Positions 18,701 to 27,556 of a DNA stretch of 64,000 bases are shown here, piece after piece (position 1 is the first letter of the stretch; each line of letters opens with the position of its first letter). Below the pieces are notes generated by a model. The model did no database searches. It had not been told where the DNA came from and saw only the letters and a list, made by a program, of their open reading frames with translations. Source of the stretch: an uncultured Candidatus Cloacimonadota bacterium (GTDB lineage: Bacteria > Cloacimonadota > Cloacimonadia > Cloacimonadales > JAJBBL01); assembly GCA_964464175.1 (NCBI GenBank), contig CAYXFD010000013.1, forward strand, positions 8,391 to 72,390. The letters run 5' to 3'. A program made the position numbers and the translations under genes.

Positions 18701-19027
18701 TATATAGCTAATGCAGGATTAGATTTACCTGGTGGTAGTACAGCTCCTGATTATGGTACTCATCCAGTTGGGACTAAATTACCTAATGAGTTAGGAATTT
18801 ATGATATGAGCGGCAATGTATGGAACTGGGTATGGGATATTCATGGTTCCTATCCCAGTGGTTCATATACAAATCCGACGGGTTCTGTAAGCGGTGCAGA
18901 GCGTGTGTGTCGCGGCGGCGGCAGTGACGCTCAAGCCGTTAACTGCACTGTTTCGAATCGTGGCGACTACTACGCTACGGGCTACAGTGTCAGCATTGGT
19001 TTCCGGATCAGCAGAAAAGTTCCTTAA
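15755..19027 (+). CDS. Triple FGE-sulfatase (SUMF1) / C-type-lectin-fold domain protein with two chitobiase/FN3-associated-type linkers
   Basis: Three copies of the FGE-domain motif set occur: Y.VTQ.EY, W(F/Y)(N/S)AI(E/K)YCN, NGYRLPTE.EWE, GNVWEW and GFR. The linkers are ATIYYTTNGSEPNTNSTIY...VKAKAY and AAIYYSINGSDPDENSTLY...LKAKAY. It has a signal peptide and a strong RBS (aaaggagg). It lies 19 nt after the preceding gene. Confidence 0.85.
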   Translation: MKQFLISILVVLYIPILFAQTIGDPPVVSNVVMWQNQNNGLIYVTYDLSIQANPVPCHVTLVISGDEGVSFKIHPLPEFIEGDFGDYVTVGTGKQIIWDIYRQSQALGSQGVFGNTYRARVIARRNDFNPVNPAPAGFVSIEGGTFHNGTSNITISSFYIDRYEVTQVEYEAVMGTNPSDFSGSSNLQRPVEQVSWFNAIEYCNRRSMQEGLIPCYSYSTFGTNPDNWPVGWDFLPNHTNVTCNWNVNGYRLPTEMEWMFVAKGGNQSQNYTYSGSNTIDLVAWYYGNSDIGDGQGRRSHEIGTKTPNELGIYDMSGNVWEWVWDMFSYDYPSNDQTNPTGPSVEGTRVVRGGCWNQTDNNCTNSTRGNSSATIDFNTHGFRIVRRFSMETVATPVFFPSPGTYASSQMVSISCSTPGATIYYTTNGSEPNTNSTIYTGAITVNSNTTVKAKAYKASFIPSDVVEGIYIINTAPANMILISGGTFTMGRTTGTGGGNELPTHSITLNSFYLGKYEITQGEYEAILGSNPASGAGEGEDFPVYEVSWYSAIKYCNLRSMAEGLVPAYTIDGSTDPGDWGAVPETGNATWDAVTCNWNANGYRLPTEAEWEYAARGAVNNPDYLYSGSDDIDDVAWFEGNNNPWGTKQIGLKDPNVLGLHDLSGNVIEWCWDWYSYSYYSESSANNPTGPSTGTYRIARGGDWSLPENSSRVSARGFANPEHRSLNFGFRVCFNAPTVATPTIFPVGGTYYTSQSVTIDCSTNGAAIYYSINGSDPDENSTLYNGPISLSSDTMLKAKAYMTNWEPSGIASAEYTFDTIQDSLILVQGGTFHNGVSNVTLSSFFIDKYEVTQSEYLAVMGTNPGSNNSEHGDPLNHPINNVTWFNAIEYCNRLSIIEGLTPAYSYSNYGTNPDDWPSGWNTSSGNHTNVSCDWSADGYCLPTEMQWEYAARGGIPAQNAGTFNDTYAGTDVQGTGTGQLGDYAWYIANAGLDLPGGSTAPDYGTHPVGTKLPNELGIYDMSGNVWNWVWDIHGSYPSGSYTNPTGSVSGAERVCRGGGSDAQAVNCTVSNRGDYYATGYSVSIGFRISRKVP

Positions 19028-19305
19028 CAGTCTAGGAGCTATTCGGATAATTGGCTGCTATTTCCGGGTGAGTATGTGCTAACCTTTTTCAGACAGTTCT
19101 TTTTTCCAAAGTGATTTGATTGACCTTTTCGTTTTCTGCAGAAGTCTAACGGAGTAAAAGAGCAGGTGGTTTTCTATAGACGAAGCATAAATGGTTTGAA
19201 AGGAAAAAAGGGAATACTTCATCACTTCAAGAATTTTTTAGTGGTTTAGAGATTCTGTTTTCGAAATTAGTTTAATCCTGTTTGCCTGAGTAATCTGTTA
19301 GCTTT

Positions 19306-20352
19306 TTACTTCAGCAGCAGCATTTTCCGGGTTTTCTTGGCACCAGAGGAGGATTCCAGAGCATAAATGTAAATACCTGAAGAGAAGCGGGCAGCATTCC
19401 AATGATAGGAATGAGAGCCTTCCCCGAATTGTTTTTGCAGTAATTTCTCTCCTTTCGGATTATAGATAGTGAGTACCCCGGTTTCTCCCCAATTTATCGA
19501 AAAAGCGATTGTTGTTGACGGGTTGAAAGGGTTCGGAGAGTTCTGTAATAATTGAGTTTCGGGAAAATCGATTGAGCTGTCGTCATCACTGCTGTTGGGA
19601 AACCAGATCAGTCCGGCAAATTCCGGGTAATCGATAAAGGGATTTCTGTTTTGCTGATATTGATAATAGATGACATCATTACGGTATAGTTCCCTGTCAT
19701 CAACCGGATCTTCTGTATGCCATTGATAGAGAGTTGACAATACTCCATGGTAAGGCTCATTATTGGGGGATGAGGGGGCATAATCAACAAGTTCCAGGTC
19801 AGGTTCGCCAAAGCCTCCTTCATATCTGACTGCCATGTAGAACATCATTCGGGCAACATCACCCTTGTCTTCAGGGCGCGGTTCCCAGGTATAGGTTGTG
19901 GTATAGCATCCTGTCGGACCGTCAGGATCTATGTATTCAATTCCGCCGTTATCGAAATCCTTGTTACCGCGAGCCGAATTGACCGAAATATCGGAAGCCC
20001 GGACATGATGCACATCTGTTCCGGCTCCCATAGAAGTTCCGAAATCACCGTGGGAAACAGCCCAGACATGTTCCCGGTTCCAACCGTTTCCGTTATTGTA
20101 TTCCTGCGCGGCATCCACCGACCAGCCTGTATAGATGAGAATAACGTTAGCGGGATTATCAGGGTCTCTGTCGGTAACCTTAAGGATATCCCATGTTTGT
20201 GAGTAGGAGAATTGAATATGATCTTTGATGATATGGTGAAGAGCTGATTTCAGTTCACCGCCGGTTAAGTTCTCTGTTCCGTTGTAATAACCTTCCGGGA
20301 TCTGAGCCTGCAACAGTGAACCGAGAAACAACAAAACAACAATATATTTCAC
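19306..20352 (-). CDS. Endonuclease I family extracellular nuclease with T9SS-type C-terminal sorting domain
   Basis: It has NREHVWAVSHGDFG and DVHHVRASDISVNSARGNKDF (Endonuclease I / extracellular RNase active-site motifs). The C-terminus is NSPNPFNPSTTIAFSI...GIYIYALESSSGAKKTRKMLLLK. It uses a GTG start with a gggagg RBS. Confidence 0.8.
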   Translation of the reverse strand: MKYIVVLLFLGSLLQAQIPEGYYNGTENLTGGELKSALHHIIKDHIQFSYSQTWDILKVTDRDPDNPANVILIYTGWSVDAAQEYNNGNGWNREHVWAVSHGDFGTSMGAGTDVHHVRASDISVNSARGNKDFDNGGIEYIDPDGPTGCYTTTYTWEPRPEDKGDVARMMFYMAVRYEGGFGEPDLELVDYAPSSPNNEPYHGVLSTLYQWHTEDPVDDRELYRNDVIYYQYQQNRNPFIDYPEFAGLIWFPNSSDDDSSIDFPETQLLQNSPNPFNPSTTIAFSINWGETGVLTIYNPKGEKLLQKQFGEGSHSYHWNAARFSSGIYIYALESSSGAKKTRKMLLLK

Positions 20353-20673
20353 AAAACCTCCCTTTCGTTGAGGCAGAAAAAAAACATGAGGTTATATTCT
20401 GTCCATAAAAATCTTAAAGGGTCTTTTTTGTTTAATGAGTTGTGAAACCGGTTATGATCTTATTAGATATGCACTTATATGAGTATGTGGCAGGCATAGC
20501 AGGCAAGTCTGTAATGCCTGAACAGTTGGCGGAGAGATAAAGCTGCTGAGATATCTGAAAAATAGAAGAAAAGCAAAAAAAAACTTGACCGATTACTCTC
20601 TATCTTACCAATGAACGGCAAATTGCTGATGGCTTTATTTTTTTATGAATGGAAAAAAGGAAATGATCTAATT

Positions 20674-23600
20674 ATGGGGAGCTGTACGGACAAGGTTATT
20701 CTACTAATTGATAGTGATGATAGAGCTGCGAATGACCTGAGAAGGGTCATCGAGAAGTATGGCTACAGCGTTATAATTGCTGATAGCGGCAAAAAAGCTC
20801 ATGAGGTTATCGACTCCGATACTAATATTGACCTTGTAATGCTTGATGCTTCCCTTGATAAGGGAACAGATGTTATAGCTACGGCACAATCTATACTTGA
20901 TAAAAGAGATTTACCCTTGATTTTTCTGACTACCGAAGGTTCGGAACACGAGATAAGAAAGAGTGAAAATATTGTTACCTACGGGTTTATAGATAAGGGT
21001 TCGAAAGCATATCTTGTTATAGCCACTATAAAGACTGCATTAAGAATATATGAAATACAGCGAAAACTATGGACACATGTCAATCGTAACGCGGCACTCA
21101 TCCGGGTAATCCCCGACCTGCTTTTTGTCATTGACCGGAATGGGTTTTACCGTGAGATTTATGCCTCTGACGATGACTTGCTTGCTCTACCACCGGAAGA
21201 GCTCATCGGGAAGTCACTCTCCGCTGTTTTTTCCCAGGATGCTGTTAATAGTTTTCTGGAATCATTCCGGGTATGCCTGGAGACAGGAAAACTTCAGGCC
21301 TTAGAATACGAGTTAACTGTCAATAAGGAGCGCAGGTTCTTCAGGGCGAGAATAACAAGATTCAATGAGGATAGTGTTTTATCTGTTGTTCAGGATATAA
21401 CAGAGAGCAAAAAGGCAAAGAATAAGATCGAAAGTTTGAACTCGCTGCTTCTGTCCATTCGTAATGTTAATCAGCTAATTGTTCAGGAAGATGATCTTTT
21501 GGCTGTAATGAGAGGAGCGAGTGAGATTCTCGTTGAGACCTGGCAATATCTGAATATCGAGATCTCGCTCATTGATGAGAGGACAGGAAAGATATCTCCG
21601 GTAACCAGTGCCGGAAAGTTAGGACACGGAGACTGGTTTGTTATTCCTGAAGTAGATGGAAATGCTCCCACGTGTATTAACGATGCCGTAAAAGAAAGAA
21701 GGACAATAGAATTAGAAGATTATCAAACATACTGTAAGGACTGTCCCTATTTTAGCATAGCTTTTCCGCATAAAAAAATAGTCATCCCTATGCTTGAAAA
21801 TGATCAACTAATAGGCCTAATGTGTGTCTCCACCACACCCGAACAAGTCTTCTTTGCCGAAGAGATAGAACTGCTGGAAGAGGTTGCAGCCGATCTGGTA
21901 TATGCCGGAAAGAAGCTGAAAGCCGAACAGAAGATCAAAGAGAAGAATCGTCTGTTAACGATCCTGAATGATTATTCAATGGAATTATCCTCCGTTACCG
22001 TATCAAATAATATTTATTCTCTGATTTCGCATAAGCTAAAAGAGATAACTAATGCAAAGTTTGTTTCGATATCGATCTATGAGGAAAAGACTTCGAGTTT
22101 GATTGTAAAGTTTACCACGATATCTGAAGAGAGTAATAAGAAATTGTCCGGAATAATTGGCAGAAAACTGGAAGAACTTCGTATGAAAGTAACACCAGAG
22201 ATGTACCGCCGGATAACTCAGGAAGTTGTTGGTGACGCAGGCTCTCTTGAGGAGACGACTTTTGGGTCTATCCCAAAAGTAGTTAGCAATATGATTCAAA
22301 AGGTTTTCGGTGTCGAGTGGTTTACCGGAATTGCGCTCATGCATAAAGAGAGTCTGGTGGGCACAGTAGTCATCATTGGAGATAAAGAAACAAAAAGACC
22401 GGACAACGAAGATCTAAAGGCTTTTGCCGGAGTTACAGCAAATGCTCTGCAGAGATGGAAAGCCGAAAAATCTCTTCTGGAGAGTCACAGTAAATGGCAA
22501 TTTGCCCTGGAAGGGACTGGTGATGGTATCTGGGACTGGGACATCGAGAATGGAAAGGTTAACTATTCCGCTAATTTGAAGAAAATGCTCGGATATGAAG
22601 ACAATGATCTGGAGAGTACAATGCAGCAAAAGGAAAAACTCATCCACTCCGAGGATCTGTCTCACTACCGGAAGAAACTTCAGAGTCATCTGAAAGATAA
22701 AACAGCATTTTTTTCCGACGAATGCCGGATGCTATGCCGGGACGGCAGCTACAAATGGGTTTTAGACCGGGGAAAAGTAATCAGGAGATCAGCAGGGAAA
22801 AGCCCCTTGAGAATGATCGGAGTTCAGACCGATCTCTCTTATCTAAAGGAGACTGAGCAGGAACTGCGGGAGAGTGAATACCGTTATACTACGATCGTAA
22901 ATAATGCTTATGACGGGATAATTCTGCAGAATGCCCAGGGGGAGATATTAACCTGGAATAAAGCAGCTGCCAGAATACTCGGTATTTCGGAAAAAAGAGT
23001 AGTCGGGCATACTTCACTCAACCGGGAATGGGATACTATCAGAGAAGATGGTTCTGCTTATCCCAAAGAAGAGCATCCCTCCATGATAACCCTCAAAACC
23101 GGCAAGCCGTGCAGGAATGTCATAATGGGATTCAAGAAAAGATCGGGCAAGGTTACCTGGATCAATATCAATACCAGTCCTTTATTCAAAAGCGAGGATC
23201 CCCAACCTTATGCAGTAATTATCTCTCTCTCAGACATTACGGAAATAAAAAAGGCAGATAAATCTTTGAAGGAGAGTGAGTTAAGATACCGCTTGATCTT
23301 TGAAAATTCTAAAGATGCCATGATGACTCTGGAACCACCCACCTGGAGATTTACCTCCGGAAATTCAGCGATCTTCGACATGTTCAAGGCAAAGGATTTA
23401 GCTGAGTTTACAGCCTGTGAACCATGGAAACTCTCTCCTGAAAAACAACCTGACGGAACGTTATCAGAAGAAAAAGCAAAGAGAATGATCGAGATAGCAA
23501 TGCGAAAAGGTTCCAGCTTTTTCGAGTGGACTCATAGAAGACTGACCGGAGAAGAGTTCTCTGCTACTGTCTTGCTGACCAGAATTGAAATGAGCGGGTC

Positions 23601-26600
23601 GAGATTTCTTCATGCAACTGTCCGTGATATCTCCGAACGGAAAAGAGATGAAACGATAAGAATTATCCAGGCTAATATTGCCCATGCTGTTTCTGTTGCT
23701 GAATCACTTTACGAGTTGTATGAGATAGTCCGGGAGGAATTGAGTACTTTACTTGATACCAGGAACTGTTTTATTGCTTTCTACGATGAAACAACCGGTA
23801 TGTTTTCCACTCCTTTCGAGAAAGACGTTAAAGACTCAATAAAATCCTGGGCTGCCGACGGTTCTTTAACAGGATATGTGCTCAAAAGGAAGAGAGCTAT
23901 CCTGCTTAGCAAAGAAAGGATCGAGAAAATGGCAGAAGCCGGCAGGGTCAGGAAGATTGGAACAACGGCAGAAAGCTGGTTAGGGGTACCAATCAAGATC
24001 GACGGTAAATATAAGGCTGTTTTCGTTGTGCAAAATTATAAGAACAAGAATGCTTACGACAAAAACAGTGTAGAGTTGTTAAGACTTATTGCCGAGCAGT
24101 TGAGTATCTATATTGACCATAAGAAGGCAGAAGACAAGCTGGCAGAAGAGAGAAAACAGCTGCTGTCGATATTTGACAGTATCGATGAAGCGATCTATAT
24201 TTCTGATCCTGAGACCTATGAGATATTGTTTGTTAATAAGACCCTAAAATCGGTTTTCGGAAAGGACCTGATCGGTGGGATTTGCTACCGGGAACTACAA
24301 AACCGCGAAACTCCCTGTGAATTTTGCACGAATGACAAAATACTGAAAAATAAGGGTTCATCCTATAATTGGGAACACAATAATCTCCATCTGCAAAGAG
24401 ATTTTCTGATAACCGACAAGATTATCAAATGGACTGACGGGCGTGATGTCCGTTTTGAGATAGCCAGAGATTTTACAGAATCCAAAAAAGCTCAGGAAAG
24501 AGTTAAGGATTTAAACTCATTACTAATGGCAATCCGGAATGTCAATCAGTTGATAGTTCAGGAAGATGATCTGTTCAAGGTGATGCAGAATTCCTGTGAA
24601 ATATTGCTGGAGACCAGACAGTATCTGAATATCGAGATCTCCTTATTAGATGAGAGTGAGGAGTTTATCAGACCTTATGCCACTTCCGGTGAACATGAAA
24701 AATCTGACTGGCAGATTTCTCTCACCGGAGAAGGTTCTGTGCTAAAGTGTATCAAAGAAACGGTATTGACAGGAAAATCAGTTGTTGTCTCTGATCCGGA
24801 TAACTATTGCCGGACATGTCCCGAGATAAATGATGATTCTCTGCATGAAACAGTAGTAATTCCGATAAGCCAGAATGAACGGCCTGTCGGGCTAATGCGC
24901 ACCTGTATGATACAGGGACATAAGATCACTCAGGATGAGATCGATCTGCTGGAGGAAGTAGCCGGTGATCTGGGTTTTGCCCGGGCAAAGATTTTAGCCG
25001 AGAAGAGTCTGCAAAGCAGTGAGGAACTATTCCGGAATCTCTATGAAAACGCTACTATCGGGATTTACCGGACAACCCCTGAGGGGGAGATCCTTTTAGC
25101 CAATCAGTCTTTGATCACGATGCTCGGTTTTGAGTCGTTCGAAGAGCTGAAGAATCGTAATCTGGAAAAAGATTATTTCGAAGCGAGGTACAGCAGAAAG
25201 AGTTTCAGAGAACGGCTTGACCGCGAAGGTTTTGTCAAAGGGTTGGAAACATCCTGGAGACTGATGAACGGCAAGATTATCACAGTCCTGGAAAGTGCCA
25301 GAGTTATCCGTGATAACTCAGGAAATCCTCTTTATTATGAGGGTACTGTGGAAGATATTACTGATAACAAACGGGATGCTGTCATCAAAGAAGTTCAGTA
25401 TAATATAGCCCATGCCGTTGCTTCAGCGAAAGATATCAGTGAACTGTATGAGATAGTAAGAGACGAACTCGCCAAATTGATCGATACTACCAATTTTTAT
25501 ATAGCCCAGTATAATGTAGCTGCCGATGAGTTTTCTTCCCCATACTTCATCGATGAAAGAGATAATATTGCAGTCTGGGATGCGAAGAAATCTTTAACCG
25601 GCTATGTTTTGAAGCAGAAGAAAGCTGTTTTAGTGAATAAAGAAGAACTATTGAAGCTTTATGAAATGAGAGAGGTAGATCTAATCGGGGAAGTGGCTGC
25701 AAACTGGTTAGGTGTACCTGTCAGGATTACCGGAAATGTCTGGGGTGTTATTGTAGTTCAGAGCTATGAAGAAAAGGATATCTATGATGACCACAGCATC
25801 AGAATCCTGGAACTGATAGCCAATCAGTTGAGTATTTATATAGAGCGGAAGCTTGGAGAAGAGAGCCTTCAGGAAAGTGAACGGAAGCAGGCTGCACTTT
25901 TGGCTAATTTACCCGGTATGTCCTATCGTTGTAAGAACGACAGAGATTGGACAATGGAATTTGTTAGTGATGGTTGTCTGGATCTGACGGGTTATAGACA
26001 GGAGGAACTGCTGCTTAATGAGAAATTGTCCTTCAATGAGTTGATTTTTCCCGAGTATAGGGAAATGCTTTGGGAGAAATGGCAGGAAATTTTAGCTCGA
26101 AAGGAAGATTTTGCCGGCGAGTACAAAATCCTAACCAAAGATGGTCAGGAGAAGTGGGTATGGGAACAAGGAAGCGGCGTCTATACGGAAGAGGGTGAAG
26201 TGATAGCTTTGGAGGGGTTTATTACCGATATTACAGAGCGAAAACAAGCAGAAGAGGATAGAGAGGTATTAGAGGCTAAGCTCATTCAGGCTCAGAAGAT
26301 GGATGCAATAGGCAGACTTGCCGGTGGCGTTGCTCACGATTATAATAACATGCTCGGTGTTATTCTTGGTCACACGGAAATGATCCTGGCGGATATGGAT
26401 CCCCATGATCCCAATTATCCTAATCTGAAAGAGATAAAAAAGGCGACGGAGAGATCAGCTGATCTGACTAAACAGCTTCTGGCTTTTGCCCGTAAACAGA
26501 CAATATTCCCTAAAAAACTTAATCTGAACAGCAGTATTGATGATATGCTCAGAATGTTGCAGAGACTGATAGGGGAGAACATAGAGTTATCCTGGAAACC

Positions 26601-27420
26601 GGCAGCAGACCTCTGGTCGATAAAGATCGATCCTACGCAGCTGAACCAGATATTGACCAATCTCTGTATAAATTCCAGAGACGCTATTGAAGGGATTGGA
26701 AAGATAACGATCTTTACTGAGAATGTCACCTTTGATCAAGAATTCTGTGCTGATCATCCCGGTTATAAATGCGGTGAGTTTGTTTTGCTCTCCGTGCAGG
26801 ATAATGGTCACGGGATGGATCAGGAAACTCTTAAGAACATCTTCGAACCCTTCTACACAACCAAGAAAGTCGGTGAAGGATCGGGGCTCGGGCTCTCCAC
26901 GATTTACGGTATCGTTCAGCAGAACGAAGGTTTTGTTAATGTATATAGTGAACTTAATGAAGGGACTATTTTCAAGATCTATCTTCCCCGTGTCGTGAGT
27001 GATGTTACAACTGTTCAAGCGGAGGTAATTCCGGAGAAAGCAGTCCGCTGTGGAAACGAAACAATTCTGTTAGTAGAAGACGAAATGTCTATCTTATCGA
27101 TGCTCAAATCGATGCTTGAAAATTCCGGCTACACTGTCCTGGCGGCAAATTCACCTGAAGAAGCTTTCGGATTGGCAGGTGAGAACAAAGATAAGATCAA
27201 TATGCTGATAACAGATATGATCATGCCCCAAATGAACGGTTATGATCTGGCTCTGAAATTAAAAACCGAGATTTCCGGTTTAAAAGTTCTCTTTATGTCC
27301 GGATACATCGATTATGTTCTTAAAAACGAAAACTCCCTTGATTTCAAGGTTAATTATATTCAAAAGCCATTTTCGTTCAAAGAATTTCTTGCTATGGTTA
27401 GAAATCTTCTGGACAGTTAA
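20674..27420 (+). CDS. Giant hybrid sensor histidine kinase: REC - multiple PAS/GAF modules - HisKA - HATPase - REC
   Basis: The N-terminal receiver is KVILLIDSDD...DLVMLDASL. Repeated PAS and GAF blocks follow. HisKA is AGGVAHDYNNMLGVILGHTEM and the HATPase is GSGLGLSTIYGIVQQNEGF. The C-terminal receiver is ILLVEDEMSILSML...LITDMIMPQMNG. The start at 20674 (MGSCTDKVILL, aaggaa upstream) is preferred; the ORF track start at 20611 is possible. Confidence 0.9.
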   Translation: MGSCTDKVILLIDSDDRAANDLRRVIEKYGYSVIIADSGKKAHEVIDSDTNIDLVMLDASLDKGTDVIATAQSILDKRDLPLIFLTTEGSEHEIRKSENIVTYGFIDKGSKAYLVIATIKTALRIYEIQRKLWTHVNRNAALIRVIPDLLFVIDRNGFYREIYASDDDLLALPPEELIGKSLSAVFSQDAVNSFLESFRVCLETGKLQALEYELTVNKERRFFRARITRFNEDSVLSVVQDITESKKAKNKIESLNSLLLSIRNVNQLIVQEDDLLAVMRGASEILVETWQYLNIEISLIDERTGKISPVTSAGKLGHGDWFVIPEVDGNAPTCINDAVKERRTIELEDYQTYCKDCPYFSIAFPHKKIVIPMLENDQLIGLMCVSTTPEQVFFAEEIELLEEVAADLVYAGKKLKAEQKIKEKNRLLTILNDYSMELSSVTVSNNIYSLISHKLKEITNAKFVSISIYEEKTSSLIVKFTTISEESNKKLSGIIGRKLEELRMKVTPEMYRRITQEVVGDAGSLEETTFGSIPKVVSNMIQKVFGVEWFTGIALMHKESLVGTVVIIGDKETKRPDNEDLKAFAGVTANALQRWKAEKSLLESHSKWQFALEGTGDGIWDWDIENGKVNYSANLKKMLGYEDNDLESTMQQKEKLIHSEDLSHYRKKLQSHLKDKTAFFSDECRMLCRDGSYKWVLDRGKVIRRSAGKSPLRMIGVQTDLSYLKETEQELRESEYRYTTIVNNAYDGIILQNAQGEILTWNKAAARILGISEKRVVGHTSLNREWDTIREDGSAYPKEEHPSMITLKTGKPCRNVIMGFKKRSGKVTWININTSPLFKSEDPQPYAVIISLSDITEIKKADKSLKESELRYRLIFENSKDAMMTLEPPTWRFTSGNSAIFDMFKAKDLAEFTACEPWKLSPEKQPDGTLSEEKAKRMIEIAMRKGSSFFEWTHRRLTGEEFSATVLLTRIEMSGSRFLHATVRDISERKRDETIRIIQANIAHAVSVAESLYELYEIVREELSTLLDTRNCFIAFYDETTGMFSTPFEKDVKDSIKSWAADGSLTGYVLKRKRAILLSKERIEKMAEAGRVRKIGTTAESWLGVPIKIDGKYKAVFVVQNYKNKNAYDKNSVELLRLIAEQLSIYIDHKKAEDKLAEERKQLLSIFDSIDEAIYISDPETYEILFVNKTLKSVFGKDLIGGICYRELQNRETPCEFCTNDKILKNKGSSYNWEHNNLHLQRDFLITDKIIKWTDGRDVRFEIARDFTESKKAQERVKDLNSLLMAIRNVNQLIVQEDDLFKVMQNSCEILLETRQYLNIEISLLDESEEFIRPYATSGEHEKSDWQISLTGEGSVLKCIKETVLTGKSVVVSDPDNYCRTCPEINDDSLHETVVIPISQNERPVGLMRTCMIQGHKITQDEIDLLEEVAGDLGFARAKILAEKSLQSSEELFRNLYENATIGIYRTTPEGEILLANQSLITMLGFESFEELKNRNLEKDYFEARYSRKSFRERLDREGFVKGLETSWRLMNGKIITVLESARVIRDNSGNPLYYEGTVEDITDNKRDAVIKEVQYNIAHAVASAKDISELYEIVRDELAKLIDTTNFYIAQYNVAADEFSSPYFIDERDNIAVWDAKKSLTGYVLKQKKAVLVNKEELLKLYEMREVDLIGEVAANWLGVPVRITGNVWGVIVVQSYEEKDIYDDHSIRILELIANQLSIYIERKLGEESLQESERKQAALLANLPGMSYRCKNDRDWTMEFVSDGCLDLTGYRQEELLLNEKLSFNELIFPEYREMLWEKWQEILARKEDFAGEYKILTKDGQEKWVWEQGSGVYTEEGEVIALEGFITDITERKQAEEDREVLEAKLIQAQKMDAIGRLAGGVAHDYNNMLGVILGHTEMILADMDPHDPNYPNLKEIKKATERSADLTKQLLAFARKQTIFPKKLNLNSSIDDMLRMLQRLIGENIELSWKPAADLWSIKIDPTQLNQILTNLCINSRDAIEGIGKITIFTENVTFDQEFCADHPGYKCGEFVLLSVQDNGHGMDQETLKNIFEPFYTTKKVGEGSGLGLSTIYGIVQQNEGFVNVYSELNEGTIFKIYLPRVVSDVTTVQAEVIPEKAVRCGNETILLVEDEMSILSMLKSMLENSGYTVLAANSPEEAFGLAGENKDKINMLITDMIMPQMNGYDLALKLKTEISGLKVLFMSGYIDYVLKNENSLDFKVNYIQKPFSFKEFLAMVRNLLDS

Positions 27421-27556
27421 AAGACTAGCCCTCCTGCAACTTTACCTGTGATGGGAATTAGATGAAAATAGTTGCTTTCTGGCAACCAATAAGGGGCAAT
27501 TATCATTTCGTCATTCGGTATCCAATAAAGACCTAATAAGTGAGAAAAAAAAGCAA

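Noticed and set aside
15755-19027. The triple-FGE gene as the cognate target (VR) of the in-window TR
   Set aside because: A cognate VR must match the TR at all non-adenine positions. The A-free TR stretch cgtggcgggtcgtgg (1261-1275) has no copy in any of the three domain ends (gtgcgtggtggttgttgg, gccagaggtggcgattgg, tgtcgcggcggcggcagt). It is kept only as a relic or remote-target hypothesis.
22036-27018. Antisense ORFs inside the hybrid kinase gene (for example 22036-22344, 26415-26729, 26587-27018), and 57290-57844 inside the kinase-fusion gene
   Set aside because: These are shadow frames of long, motif-rich genes on the opposite strand, with no independent signals.
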